A stretch of 64,000 nt of DNA from a virus (Duplodnaviria; Caudoviricetes): positions 3,566 to 67,565 of the IMG/VR virus record IMGVR_UViG_3300037047_000162; one strand, 5' to 3'. Below, one piece after another: positions 26,016 through 35,595 of this stretch; the stretch's first letter is position 1; the number at the start of each line of letters is the position of its first letter. Both the position numbers and the translations under genes were made by a program. The notes below the pieces were generated by a model. The model saw only the letters and a list, made by a program, of their open reading frames with translations, was not told the DNA's origin and searched no databases.

Positions 26016-26515
26016 CCGGCGGCTGGCGACCGCTGGGGCTGCCGGAGGGGCATTGGTTGCCGGGGTTTGACAAAAAAAGCCGCATTCCCGACGGGACGCG
26101 GCTACGAAAAAAGGGAGCGGCCGCGCCTCGTGGTGAGGCGTGCAACTCCCCATGATGTTAATCTAGCATGTACCGGGAGTGTTTTGCAAGGCAGTCCGAA
26201 AGAAGCGGGGCCTGACCGTCAGCATGTTCTGTAGGTCGATGCCGTCCTTGCTCCACCACTTCCACCGTAGTTCAGCTTTCAGTTCGACGAGTTCTTCTTC
26301 CATCGCCTTGGCATACCGTTGCAGCCACTGGTTTGGCAATATCGCGTACACGTTCCGTGCCCCGCCGACGTCCCCGGCCGTCAAAGTGCTGTTGGCTAAG
26401 GAGCAAGGCCAGTGGAAGGTAGAGCGGTTGACAGTGGAGTGAGTCTTCCGATTTGCTATACTGCCAGCCAGCGATGTCTCTCCCGCAGGTTTCCTTCAAT
26501 CCCCGGCAGCTGAGC

Positions 26516-29500
26516 ATGGACGAGCAAAAGATTCAGAAATTCATCCAACGTTGGTCGAACTCCGGCGGCGCGGAACGGGCCAATTATCAACTGTTCCTCT
26601 CCGAACTGTGCGACGTGCTGCAGGTCGCCAGGCCGGAGCCGACGGTCGAGGACGACGCCCGCAATGCGTACGTCTTTGAACGCAACGTACTGTTCGACAA
26701 TCTGGATGGCACCCACACGACGCGGCGGATCGATCTGTACAAGCGGGGGTGTTTTGTCCTGGAGTCGAAACAAGGCGTCTTGCAGCACGACGCCGCGCCG
26801 GTCCTGTCGGCTCGGCAGCAGGAACTGCGGGCCAAACGCAAACGGGGGCACGGCACGCGCGGCACGGCGGCTTGGGATGACGCCATGTTCCGCGCCCGTG
26901 GCCAGGCCGAGCAGTACGCCCGCGCCTTATCGCCCGCCGAAGGCCGCCCGCCGTTCGTCGTGGTGGTCGATGTCGGCCACTCGATCGAGTTGTTCGCCGA
27001 GTTCTCGCAAACCGGCGGGACCTACGTGCCGTTTCCCGACCCAAAATCGCACCGCATCCGCCTGGACGAATTGGCGGACGCCGAAGTCCGCGAGCGGCTG
27101 CGTCAGGTCTGGACGGAGCCGCTGAGTTTGGACCCCGCCCGCCGTTCGGCCCGCGTCACCCGCGAGATCGCCGCCAAGCTCGCCGAGTTGGCCAAGTCGC
27201 TCGAAGCGGCCGGCCACCACGCCGACGACGTCGCCCAGTTCCTGATGCGCTGCCTGTTCACCATGTTCGCCGAAGACGTCGAACTGCTGCCGCGGGACTC
27301 GTTCCGCCGCCTGCTGTGCAGCATCGACGACCTGTCGCATTTCGTGCCGCTGGCCGAGGAGTTGTGGCGGACCATGAACCGCGGCGGGTTCTCCAGCCTG
27401 CTGCGGACCAGCTTGCTGCACTTCAACGGCGGCCTGTTCGCCGACCCGTCCGCCCTGGCGTTGACGCGGGACCAGTTGGACCTGTTGATTGAAGCGGCCG
27501 GCGCCGACTGGAAGGACGTCGAGCCGGCGATCTTCGGCACCCTTCTGGAACGCGCCCTCGACTCGGTCGAACGGCACAAGCTGGGCGCGCACTACACGCC
27601 GCGGGCCTACGTGGAACGGCTGGTGATCCCAACCGTGATCCAGCCGCTGCGGGACGAGTGGGACGCCGTCCGCACGGCGGCGGTGACGCACGCCCGGGAC
27701 GGCGACCGCAAGGCAGCGGTGGCCGAGCTGGAGGCGTTTCACGACCGGCTGTGTGATGTGCGGGTGTTAGACCCAGCCTGCGGCTCGGGCAATTTTCTGT
27801 ACGTCACGCTCGAACATCTCAAGCGGCTGGAGGGCGAACTGTTTGCGACCTGGGAGAGCATCGCCGAGCGGCAGGCGCGGCTCGAAGGCGGCCATACCGT
27901 CGATCCGCACCAACTGTTGGGCATCGAGATCAACCCGCGGGCCGCCGCGATCGCCGAACTGGTGTTGTGGATCGGCTATCTGCAATGGCACTTCCGCACC
28001 CACGGCCGCGTGAATCCGCCGGAGCCGGTGATCAAGAACTTCAAGAACATCGAGTGCCGCGACGCCGTGCTCAGCTGGTCCAGCAAGCAGCCCGAACTCG
28101 ACGAGCATGGGAAGCCCGTCACCCATTGGGACGGCCGCACCACCAAACCGCACCCAGTGACCGGCGAAGAAGTGCCTGACGAAAACGCCCGCGTGCTGTC
28201 GTTCCGGTACCTGAACCCGAAGAAGGCGGAATGGCCGGAGGCGGAGTTCATTGTGGGGAATCCGCCGTTTGTGGGCGTCGCGAGAATGCGGGAAGCGTTC
28301 GGCGATGGGTACGTAACGACGTTGCGGCAGACGTATTCAGAGCTTCCCGAGTCATGCGACTATGTCATGTACTGGTGGCACAAGGCGGCGGAATTGACTC
28401 GCACTGGTGCCGTGCGGCAGTTCGGCTTCATCGCCACAAACAGTCTGAGGCAAACGTTCAATCGACGGGTCATTCAGCCTCACCTGGAGTCTAACCCTCC
28501 GTTGTCAATCGTCTTTGCGATTCCTGACCACCCCTGGGTCGATTCGGCGTTGGGCGCGGCGGTGCGCATCTCAATGACCGTGGGATGCTGTGGCGAAAAC
28601 GACGGCAAGTTGTCCGTCGTGACAGAGGAAGTTGATCGAGGTGAGATTGGAGCTGAAACCACCGTGGTGACACGAACTGGCAAAGTTCACGCCAATCTTA
28701 CCTTGGGGGTCAACGTGGATCTCGCCGAGAGTCTGCGGGCCAATTCCGACCTCAGCAATCGTGGCGTATCCCTTTTCGGAGCCGGCTTCATCGTGACACC
28801 GGACGAAGCCAAGCGGTTGGGCCTTGGTACGACGCCGGGACTGGAACGTCACATCCGCCACTATCGCAACGGACGAGACCTGACGCAGACATCTCGCCAC
28901 GTGATGGTAATTGACCTTTTCCAATTGAAGGCCGACGAGGTTCGCCAGCGATTCCCTGAAGTGTATCAATGGCTGTACGAGCGAGTGAAACCCGAACGCG
29001 ACCACAATAACCGCGCATCGAGGCGCGACAACTGGTGGCTGTTTGGCGAAACGAATCCCAAATTACGACAACAGCTTGCAGGGCTGAAACGCTACATCGC
29101 CTCGGTTGAAACTGCAAAGCATCGTTTATTTCAGTTTCTCGACGAATCAATTCTTCCGGATAACAAGCTCGTCAACATTGCCTTGGATGATGCCTACTAC
29201 CTTGGCCTATTGTCGTCGCACACTCATGTTTGCTGGGCGTTGGCTAGTGGAAGCTGGCTGGGGGTTGGCAACGACCCGGTCTACGTCAAGTCGCTCTGCT
29301 TCGAGGCGTTTCCTTTCCCCGACCCCACCGACACCCAGAAATCCCGCATCCGCGCTCTGGGCGAGCAATTGGACGCTCACCGCAAGCGGCAGCAGGAGTC
29401 GCATCCCAAGCTGACGATGACCGGGATGTACAACGTGTTGGAAAAGCTGCGGGCGGACCAACGGCTGGACGCGAAGGAGCAGGCGATCCACGAGCAGGGG

Positions 29501-29962
29501 CTGGTCTCGGTGCTGCGGCAGATCCACGGCGAGTTAGATGCGGCGGTGGCAGACGCTTACGGCTGGCCGGTTGACTTGACCGACGAGCAGATCCTGGAAC
29601 GGCTAGTGGCCTTGAATCAACAGCGGGCCGAAGAAGAGCGTCGCGGCCTGATTCGCTGGTTGCGCCCCGAGTTCCAGAACCCGGAAGGCCGGACTCAACA
29701 AGCCATCGCCGCCGGGGAAACCGAGACGCCCACGACCGCAAAGAAGGCCGAGACAGCCAAGCGGCCCTGGCCCAAGTCGCTGTCCGCCCAAGCCGCCGCG
29801 GTCCAGACCACGCTGGCCGAACTAGCCGCGCCAGCCGACGAGGTCCAAATCGCCAAACGCTTTACCGCCGCCAACAAGGACCGCATCGCCGAACTGCTGG
29901 AAACCCTCTCGTCGCTAGGCAAAGCCCGCCAACTGGACGACGGCCGCTATGTGCCCATGTGA
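26516..29962 (+). CDS. MmeI-like Type IIL/IIG restriction-modification fusion
   Basis: N-terminal [15 protein letters not shown] (PD-(D/E)xK), [24 protein letters not shown]-like C-terminus. Confidence 0.9.
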   Translation: MDEQKIQKFIQRWSNSGGAERANYQLFLSELCDVLQVARPEPTVEDDARNAYVFERNVLFDNLDGTHTTRRIDLYKRGCFVLESKQGVLQHDAAPVLSARQQELRAKRKRGHGTRGTAAWDDAMFRARGQAEQYARALSPAEGRPPFVVVVDVGHSIELFAEFSQTGGTYVPFPDPKSHRIRLDELADAEVRERLRQVWTEPLSLDPARRSARVTREIAAKLAELAKSLEAAGHHADDVAQFLMRCLFTMFAEDVELLPRDSFRRLLCSIDDLSHFVPLAEELWRTMNRGGFSSLLRTSLLHFNGGLFADPSALALTRDQLDLLIEAAGADWKDVEPAIFGTLLERALDSVERHKLGAHYTPRAYVERLVIPTVIQPLRDEWDAVRTAAVTHARDGDRKAAVAELEAFHDRLCDVRVLDPACGSGNFLYVTLEHLKRLEGELFATWESIAERQARLEGGHTVDPHQLLGIEINPRAAAIAELVLWIGYLQWHFRTHGRVNPPEPVIKNFKNIECRDAVLSWSSKQPELDEHGKPVTHWDGRTTKPHPVTGEEVPDENARVLSFRYLNPKKAEWPEAEFIVGNPPFVGVARMREAFGDGYVTTLRQTYSELPESCDYVMYWWHKAAELTRTGAVRQFGFIATNSLRQTFNRRVIQPHLESNPPLSIVFAIPDHPWVDSALGAAVRISMTVGCCGENDGKLSVVTEEVDRGEIGAETTVVTRTGKVHANLTLGVNVDLAESLRANSDLSNRGVSLFGAGFIVTPDEAKRLGLGTTPGLERHIRHYRNGRDLTQTSRHVMVIDLFQLKADEVRQRFPEVYQWLYERVKPERDHNNRASRRDNWWLFGETNPKLRQQLAGLKRYIASVETAKHRLFQFLDESILPDNKLVNIALDDAYYLGLLSSHTHVCWALASGSWLGVGNDPVYVKSLCFEAFPFPDPTDTQKSRIRALGEQLDAHRKRQQESHPKLTMTGMYNVLEKLRADQRLDAKEQAIHEQGLVSVLRQIHGELDAAVADAYGWPVDLTDEQILERLVALNQQRAEEERRGLIRWLRPEFQNPEGRTQQAIAAGETETPTTAKKAETAKRPWPKSLSAQAAAVQTTLAELAAPADEVQIAKRFTAANKDRIAELLETLSSLGKARQLDDGRYVPM

Positions 29963-30187
29963 GCTGAAAGCTCTTGGCGGGTTGGAGCCTGGCGGGTGTG
30001 CCCCCCCGCGGTCCCCCCTACGCCTCCGGCCCAATATTGCCAGGTACTACGGCAGCACGGCGGTGGCCATCTCGTGGTTGAAGTCCGAGAAGAACGTCGC
30101 CAGCATGATCTCGATCACCGTGCGTTTGATCCACGGCTGAGGCCGTGAGCCCCGCTCCCATGATTCACTTCCAGTTTTCGATGGCAC

Positions 30188-30374
30188 TCGTCGCTGCCCA
30201 GCTCGAACTTCCCGAGGTCCTGGGGGATGGTGTCCAGGTCGAGGCCGGTCTCTTGCTTCCAGACTTGGCGAACCACGTCCACCATCCCGTCGCGGAACCG
30301 CGTCGCTGGTGGCGTCGAACCGCTGGACTTCGCAGCGGCGGACGAAGCGGTCGGTCAGCTTGTGGAGGTTGTTC
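30188..30374 (-). pseudogene. Frameshifted paralogous fragment of the 3' end of the MTase-AAA gene (cf. 31683-31867)
   Basis: NNLHKLTDRF.RRCEVQRFDATSD...KQETG.DL.TIPQDLGKFELGSDE is repeated with substitutions and one extra base. Confidence 0.85.
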
Positions 30375-30377
30375 TGC

Positions 30378-30406
30378 TCGCCACACGCGGCAGTATGTGG
30401 TATGCT
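30378..30406 (+). promoter_or_regulatory. Extended -10 promoter giving a probably leaderless transcript
   Basis: TCGCCA-N17-TATGCT with TGn; the ATG is 6 nt after the -10 box. Confidence 0.5.
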
Positions 30407-30412
30407 GTGGCC

Positions 30413-31381
30413 ATGACTAAGCCGCAGAACACAGACGGTTCGGAACGTGAAGACCGGCCGGGAAAGACCCGCACCTGGTGGCATCCGCTGTTGGCGCGGC
30501 TGCTGGATTACGAGTTGGCAACGGGCTACGCCGTGCGGGACGAGGTGCTGGTCGGCAAGTTGCCTTTGCGGGTTGATATTCTGCTGATTCGTCGTGAGGC
30601 GGGGCAGCTGTCCGAGGCCGGGCGGCGCGATCTGTCGGTGCTGGTGCCGCTCTTGAATCGCTTTACGCTGATCGAATTCAAGGGGCCGACGGACACGTTG
30701 GAACCAGGGGACTTGGCACAACTGGCCGGCTGCGCTTTCCTGTGGCACAGCCAGCAGGCGGAGCGTGTTCCGCAGGCGGACGTGTCGCTGATCGTTTTGG
30801 CGCCGAGTGTCAACGAAGGGGTCCGTGACGAGTTGCGGTGCTTGGGTTGGGAGATCCGCGAACACGAGGCGGGCGTGCATTGCATCACCGGCGGCCCGTT
30901 CACGATGTGGCTGATTGAAACGGACGTGATGGCGGAACTCGGACAGCCGGTTTTCTCGCTGGTGAGCCGAGTTTTCCTGAAAGAGCACGAGCGTATAATA
31001 GAACAACTGACGCGAACGGGCCACGGAATGCTGCTGTGCTACACGCTGCAGCAGATTGAGCAGTTTCGCAGTTTGGGGGAGGAGTTTGTCATGCAGCACG
31101 CGGACACGGAATATATGGGCGAGTTGGAAGAGGAACTGCAGACGGCGGTACTGGAGGCGATTCCCGTCGAAAGACGTTTGCGGGGGCTGCCTGCAGAAGA
31201 ACGCTTGCGGGGGCTGCCTGCAGAAGAACGCTTGCGGGGGCTGTCGCCGGAAGAGGTGCTTCGGCGTTTTACGCCCAGGGAAGTCCTTGGGCGACTCACG
31301 CCCGAGGAGCTTGCGGGTGGGCTGAGCGATGAGCAGGCCGAGCGGCTTCGGGAATTGCTGGAACGTCGGCAGCGTAGCTGA
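30413..31381 (+). CDS. Rpn/YhgA-like PD-(D/E)xK family protein with C-terminal LRGLPAEER repeats
   Basis: LRVDILL...LIEFKGP motif; tandem ERLRGLPAE repeats at the C-terminus. Confidence 0.65.
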   Translation: MTKPQNTDGSEREDRPGKTRTWWHPLLARLLDYELATGYAVRDEVLVGKLPLRVDILLIRREAGQLSEAGRRDLSVLVPLLNRFTLIEFKGPTDTLEPGDLAQLAGCAFLWHSQQAERVPQADVSLIVLAPSVNEGVRDELRCLGWEIREHEAGVHCITGGPFTMWLIETDVMAELGQPVFSLVSRVFLKEHERIIEQLTRTGHGMLLCYTLQQIEQFRSLGEEFVMQHADTEYMGELEEELQTAVLEAIPVERRLRGLPAEERLRGLPAEERLRGLSPEEVLRRFTPREVLGRLTPEELAGGLSDEQAERLRELLERRQRS

Positions 31382-31498
31382 GACGGAGCTGCTTGCGCCG
31401 TCTGGACATAACTGCCGACGGGTGAGGATGTTGCGAACGACTTTTCAGGCACGCCACCAATCGAAAGTGGCGTGCTTTTCTTTTGCTGCTGGCACCGG

Positions 31499-33646
31499 TC
31501 AGGCCCGGTTTCGCCCGCGGTTTCTGCTGGCGGGAAACTCCGCGACTTTCGTGCTGCCGTAGGATGCGACCAGCTTGGGCTTGCGTTCCTGGCGGACGAT
31601 CGGCACGGTGAAGGAGGCGGGCAGCGGATCCCCGGTGCGGAGGTAGGGGGCGATCTGCTGGAGGGCCAGCGCGATCGAGTATTCGTCGCTGCCCAGCTCG
31701 AACTTGCCGAGGTCCTGGGGGATTGTTTCCAGGTCACAGCCGGTCTCTTGCTTCCAGATCTGGCGGACTACGTCGACCATGCCGTCGCGAAAGTCGTCGC
31801 TGGTAGCATCGAACCGCTGGACTTCGCAGCGGCGGATGAAACGGTCCGTCAGCTTGTGGAGGTTATTCGTGGTGAACACGACTACCGTCTTGGCGGGGAG
31901 CTTTTCGAGGCCGTCGAGCCACATCACTTCGGCCTGTGGGGTCATGCGGTCGGCTTCGTTGATGATGACAACTTTCCAACCGCTGCCGGCCATCGGGCGG
32001 AGGTGCATTCGCCGCAGGAGGTCTTCGACCGCGCGGCCGTCCTGCGTGCCGCTGGGGATTTCGACCACGCCGCCCCAGTCCGGATCGCAGCCCAGTTCGT
32101 TGGCGAGCGCCCAGGCGGCGGCCGTTTTGCCGACGCCGCTGGAGCCGGCGAAGATGAAGGCGTTGGAATGCGGGGCGGCTGCGAAGGCGGAGAGGCTGCG
32201 GATGACGGCCGCCTGGCCGTGGATGTCCGCCAGCCGGGCGGGCTTGTGGCGGGCCAGCAGGTTGCCGTTGCGGCGTTCTTTGTCCTGTTCCGGCGATTTC
32301 TGGAGGCCGCTGGGATTCGTTCTGGCTGCGTTGGATTCGGCTGGGGGTTCTGAATCCTGTTTTTCGGCTGGATGCGTGGGGACCGACGTTTTGCTCGTGG
32401 AAAACGACGGGGTTTCGGGGGTGGTTTTCTGCTGGGCGTTGCTGGCCGCTGGGGACGCTTGGGGGGCGTGCTGGACGGCTTGGGGTTTTGGGTCTGCCGG
32501 GTGCGCGGGATGCGTGGATGGGGCGGGGTTGCTCGGGGAATGGGACGGGGGGGCGAGGGGGTTGTCGGCGTCTTGGAAAGACGCGGCTACGTGGGGGGAC
32601 CAGCCGGGTTTCTGGACGGCGACCATGACGGCCTTGACGCCGGTTCGGCGGAAGGCGTTGGAGCTGTTGAAGGCATCGTCCGGGAGTTCCACCACGTCCC
32701 CGTCCATTTCTTCCAGCCACGCGCGGAAGCCGGTTGCCCGGCTGGTCTGGCGGAAGCGGAAGCCGTTGGACATGATGGCGACCAGGCGGCCGCCGGGCTT
32801 GACGTGGTTGAACGCCTGGCGGACGTTGGCCATGTCGGCGCCCTTCTCGAACGGCGGGTTCATCAGCACGCGGTCGTACTGGCGGCCGTTGCCGGTCCAT
32901 TCGGTGAAGTCGCCGCCAACGACGGCGTGGCCTTTGGCTTTGAGGATTTTCTGCAGCGCGGGCCGCAGTTCGATGGCGTCGAGGTCGGTGTGGGGGAATG
33001 CCTGCTTGACGCGGTCGCAGATGGAGCCGATGCCGGCGGAGGGTTCGAGGACGGTCTGGCCGTCGTGCATGTCGGCGGCGGCGAGCATCAGGTCTATCAC
33101 GGGGTCGGGGGTGGGGAAGAAGCCTTCGATGTTGGCGTTGCGGAGCTGGTCGATCATGTGTTTGATTTCGAGCTGGCGGGCAGAATTCACCGGGGGGCTG
33201 ACGCCGCCCCGCTCGCCCGGCTGCTGCGCCGGAGTCTTGGCGTTGTCGGCCAGGACGCGGACGGCTTGGGCTTCGGGGGTGCCGTCGATCCAATCTGGTC
33301 CGTCCACGTAGTAGCCGTGGTAGCCGTTGCTGACCATGACGCCTTTGCGGGCGGCGATTTGCAGGAAGCGGTCTTTCGTGGGGACGAAGTTGGCGAGGGC
33401 GGCGGGGCGGTCGCCTTGTTCGAGCATGGCGGAGTAGGCGCGGATGAATTCGGCGGCCCGCTGGAGTTGGGCGCCTTCGCGCTCGGCCGAACGGGCGTGT
33501 TTCAGCATGCGGGGCGTATGCGCGGGGCGATCGCGGAACTTGTCGGCGACTTGCCGGTCGAGGGTTTCGGCGAGCCTCTGGAGGGCGGCGGGGGAACGGC
33601 GGGCGGGGGTCTTCGCGGCGGCTTTGGTTGTGTTGGTGCGGGACAT
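31499..33646 (-). CDS. Fusion: class I SAM DNA methyltransferase + clamp-loader-clade AAA+ ATPase
   Basis: FFPTP, VLEPSAGIG, VLMNPPF; then LLARHKPARLADIHGQ, FAGSSGVGKT, IINEADRMT. Confidence 0.8.
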   Translation of the reverse strand: MSRTNTTKAAAKTPARRSPAALQRLAETLDRQVADKFRDRPAHTPRMLKHARSAEREGAQLQRAAEFIRAYSAMLEQGDRPAALANFVPTKDRFLQIAARKGVMVSNGYHGYYVDGPDWIDGTPEAQAVRVLADNAKTPAQQPGERGGVSPPVNSARQLEIKHMIDQLRNANIEGFFPTPDPVIDLMLAAADMHDGQTVLEPSAGIGSICDRVKQAFPHTDLDAIELRPALQKILKAKGHAVVGGDFTEWTGNGRQYDRVLMNPPFEKGADMANVRQAFNHVKPGGRLVAIMSNGFRFRQTSRATGFRAWLEEMDGDVVELPDDAFNSSNAFRRTGVKAVMVAVQKPGWSPHVAASFQDADNPLAPPSHSPSNPAPSTHPAHPADPKPQAVQHAPQASPAASNAQQKTTPETPSFSTSKTSVPTHPAEKQDSEPPAESNAARTNPSGLQKSPEQDKERRNGNLLARHKPARLADIHGQAAVIRSLSAFAAAPHSNAFIFAGSSGVGKTAAAWALANELGCDPDWGGVVEIPSGTQDGRAVEDLLRRMHLRPMAGSGWKVVIINEADRMTPQAEVMWLDGLEKLPAKTVVVFTTNNLHKLTDRFIRRCEVQRFDATSDDFRDGMVDVVRQIWKQETGCDLETIPQDLGKFELGSDEYSIALALQQIAPYLRTGDPLPASFTVPIVRQERKPKLVASYGSTKVAEFPASRNRGRNRA

Positions 33647-33794
33647 GGTTTGGTTCGCTTTCGTTTTGAATGTGAGTAATGGGACGAATGGGACTGATGC
33701 GAGTAATGGGGTTGCAAGAACGAAAACGGGTGCCCGTGTGAAGGCGGGCACCCGTGGGGATGCTGACTGCCGAGCCGGGCGGACGCTGACGGCT

Positions 33795-34247
33795 TCAGTC
33801 TTCGTGGGGGTACATGATCGTGATGCAGGGGGCGCCGTTGTCGTCGCCGCCGATGACGGCTTTCAGGGTGACGAGCTTGGCGCGGGGGTGGCGTTCGGAG
33901 CCGATCGGGATGTTGGGGACGACTCGCAGGCGGTAGAGGATCTCGCTGCGGTCGCGGCCGCCGGAGCGGACGGCACAGACGAACATCCAGAGGACGTCCC
34001 ACAGCCGGCCTTTGATGTCCTGGCAGGGGGCGAGTTGCTGGCCGTCGCCTTCGATGGGCGAGACGCAGTCGGCGAAGGCCGTGGTGGTCATCGCGACCGG
34101 GATGGTGATGCCGACTTCGCGAACCATCGCGGGGACCCAGGCGTCGGTCGTGGCGCTGAGATCAACCAGCACGCCGTCGGCGATGGCTTGCTGGCGGGTG
34201 TAGGCGTGGATGATGGGGCCGAACAGGTTTTCTAAGGGAGTGGTCAT
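33795..34247 (-). CDS. DUF6573-like mobile-element protein
   Basis: IIHAYTRQQAIADGVLVDLS...GRLWDVLWM...ITIMYPHED. Confidence 0.65.
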   Translation of the reverse strand: MTTPLENLFGPIIHAYTRQQAIADGVLVDLSATTDAWVPAMVREVGITIPVAMTTTAFADCVSPIEGDGQQLAPCQDIKGRLWDVLWMFVCAVRSGGRDRSEILYRLRVVPNIPIGSERHPRAKLVTLKAVIGGDDNGAPCITIMYPHED

Positions 34248-34312
34248 GGTGGGGTTCCTTTCGCGGGAATGGGAATGATGGGACCAAGGGGACTTATGGG
34301 AGCGAGGGACGG

Positions 34313-34930
34313 TCAGAACAGCTCTCGCGTGGTGCGGACGGTACCTTTGCCTTTGGTCTGGGCGACAGGCTTGGCGCCGCCCCGCTTCAGCTCCCAGAGG
34401 CGGTAGGCTTCGTCTTCGTAGGGGTCTTTTTCAGCGGGCTCGGGGACGAGTCGCGTGCTCTCGGTGCGGAAGTATTCCAGGCCGCGGCCGAGGGCTTTGC
34501 CGCGGCTGGTGTGCTGGTCGCAGGTCCACTCGGGCACCTGGGGCGTGTAGCCTTCGAGCTGGCTGCGGAGGCCGACGGCGGCTTGGAAGTGGTCCCCTTC
34601 GCGGGACTTGGGGGCGCGGCATAGGGCGCGGATGGCGGTGCCGACGGCCATTCGCCACTGGCCGAGCTTGTCGGGGTTGTACCAATCGCGGGCTTGCTCG
34701 CAGCAGGTGTGGACAAGGGGGATGACGCTGGGGCAGGCGAGGCCGATGTCTTCGTGGCTGATGATCTCCAGCCGGTTGGTGAGCCACGTGCCGAATGCCT
34801 TGGACGTGTGGCCCATCTCGCAGGCCATCTCCATCGCTTCGCGCTCGAGGCCGCGGCGGATGAACTTCTGCAGCGAGCTGATGCAGTCGTGAGGTGACAT
34901 GCCGTGGATGGTTTTGGGAATCATGGTCAT
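34313..34930 (-). CDS. Stand-alone RarA/MgsA C-terminal-like domain protein
   Basis: CISSLQKFIRRG...RLEIISHEDIGLA...LCRAPKSR resembles the RarA ISA..KS.RG...RL...ASEDIGLA region. Confidence 0.75.
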   Translation of the reverse strand: MTMIPKTIHGMSPHDCISSLQKFIRRGLEREAMEMACEMGHTSKAFGTWLTNRLEIISHEDIGLACPSVIPLVHTCCEQARDWYNPDKLGQWRMAVGTAIRALCRAPKSREGDHFQAAVGLRSQLEGYTPQVPEWTCDQHTSRGKALGRGLEYFRTESTRLVPEPAEKDPYEDEAYRLWELKRGGAKPVAQTKGKGTVRTTRELF

Positions 34931-35074
34931 GGGACGGTCTCCGTGAGGTAAGGGAAGGGGGAAACACAGGGGCGAGGGACCGGTGGGCTGACGCCACACC
35001 GCTCGCCGGGGAAGGGACAGAGCCCGCCGAGGGCGTTTCACCCCCGGGGTCGGATGATCCGAGCGGGCTGGGGG

Positions 35075-35497
35075 TCAGGGGTCGAAGCCGAGTCCGGCTT
35101 CGGCCATGCTGAGGTAGCGGCCGGGCTCGCCGATGATGACGTGGTCGAGCACGCGGATGTCGAGCAGCTTGCCGGCTTCGATCAGTCGCCGGGTCAGGGC
35201 GATGTCCTGGCCGCTGGGATCGGGGTCGCCGCTGGGGTGGTTGTGGCAGAGAATCACGGACTTGGCGGCGATGCCGATGGCGGGCCGGAAGACTTCGCGG
35301 GGATGGACGATCGTTTGGTCCAAGAGTCCGAGCGTGATCAGCTCGACTCGCAGGATGTGTTGCTTCGTGTCCACGAACAGCGCCCAGAAGTGTTCCTTAG
35401 CTTGGTCAAGCTCGCTCTCGGCTTGCAGGATGGCCCAGAACACGGGGGCGACGTCGGCGGGTTGGCAGATCTGTTTTTTCTTGGTCTTCAGTTGCAT
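35075..35497 (-). CDS. radC: RadC-like JAB domain protein
   Basis: EHF, VHPREVF, HNHPSGDPDPS..D, VLDHVII. Confidence 0.92.
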   Translation of the reverse strand: MQLKTKKKQICQPADVAPVFWAILQAESELDQAKEHFWALFVDTKQHILRVELITLGLLDQTIVHPREVFRPAIGIAAKSVILCHNHPSGDPDPSGQDIALTRRLIEAGKLLDIRVLDHVIIGEPGRYLSMAEAGLGFDP

Positions 35498-35595
35498 GGG
35501 AGTTGCCTTTCGGTTGGAAGTGAGGGACTGGCAAACGAAGAGAGACAAGCGGAGCGGTTGCGCTGGGCTTGCCTCTTGCCAGGACGTGAGGGCGG

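Noticed and set aside
26163-26442. Short ORFs between terL and the RM gene as terS or a regulator
   Set aside because: No recognisable motif on either strand; may be a gene remnant.
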